A stretch of DNA of 64,000 bases, from positions 310,001 through 374,000 of the forward strand of contig BDGG01000005.1 in NCBI GenBank assembly GCA_001949185.1. Direction: 5' to 3'. Both the position numbers and the translations under genes were made by a program. Positions within the stretch are counted from its first letter, which is position 1; each line of letters begins with the position of its first letter. This document shows, one piece after another, positions 63,746-64,000 of this stretch. The notes beneath the pieces are model-generated. The model saw nothing but the letters and a program-made list of their open reading frames with translations, made no database searches and had not been told where the DNA came from. The stretch is from Ramazzottius varieornatus. Taxonomy: Eukaryota; Animalia; Tardigrada.

Positions 63746-64000
63746 TCAAAGTTCGGTCTTATTTTTAACTGCCTTGCCATTGCGATCGAATCCTTGCAAT
63801 TTGTTTGTGGATTCCTTCGCTAAGTACTTAATGAAATCATCGACTTCGCGAGCTCCATTGTACGTTCTGGGGTTCTTCTTGTCTCCTTTAGGAGCGAAGT
63901 AAATGGTGGGGAAGCCGCGAACGTCGTAGGTACTTGGCACGTCGTTGGCAGTGGCGTCCATCTTGGCAATGGTGATTTCGGGTTCGTTCTTCAGCTTCTC
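63746..64000 (-). CDS. PDIA3: Protein disulfide isomerase A3 (ERp57/ERp60), 3' end
   Basis: [50 protein letters not shown] (ER retrieval variant). Confidence 0.88.
   Translation of the reverse strand, partial: EKLKNEPEITIAKMDATANDVPSTYDVRGFPTIYFAPKGDKKNPRTYNGAREVDDFIKYLAKESTNKLQGFDRNGKAVKNKTEL

Noticed and set aside
63746-63760. C-terminal KTEL instead of KDEL
   Set aside because: KDEL variants are ordinary for PDIA3/ERp60 proteins.

Overview
This is gene-dense animal nuclear DNA, not prokaryotic: it has many short GT-AG introns and bilaterian genes (Lbx, FoxB, integrin alpha). The compactness would fit a tardigrade-like genome, but that is inference only. About 20 genes were reconstructed by hand: an unnamed disordered protein, CIR1, SF3B1, integrin alpha, ladybird/Lbx, SLC13, a divergent Skp1, CCDC157, EXT1, a tandem pair of 8-Cys secreted microproteins, a DUF4140/DUF4139 protein, a WDR5-like gene, endophilin B, STAM, FoxB, NAP1, FAD synthase, the 3' end of PDIA3, and two orphan candidates. 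Non-autonomous DNA transposons include three hAT-type MITEs with 8-bp TSDs, a 660-bp foldback and a mariner-like relic. The most unusual signals are: (i) two families of fixed-geometry palindromes (46-47 bp and about 50 bp) with conserved arms and eroded spacers, sitting mainly in the longer introns of unrelated genes; (ii) the duplicated secreted Cys-rich peptides, which the ORF track shows only as fragments; (iii) an alpha-integrin tail carrying NPxY and YEEI motifs; (iv) a WDR5 with a remodelled WIN pocket; (v) an EXT1 with a degenerate GT64 domain. Exon boundaries are manual and no database searches were run.
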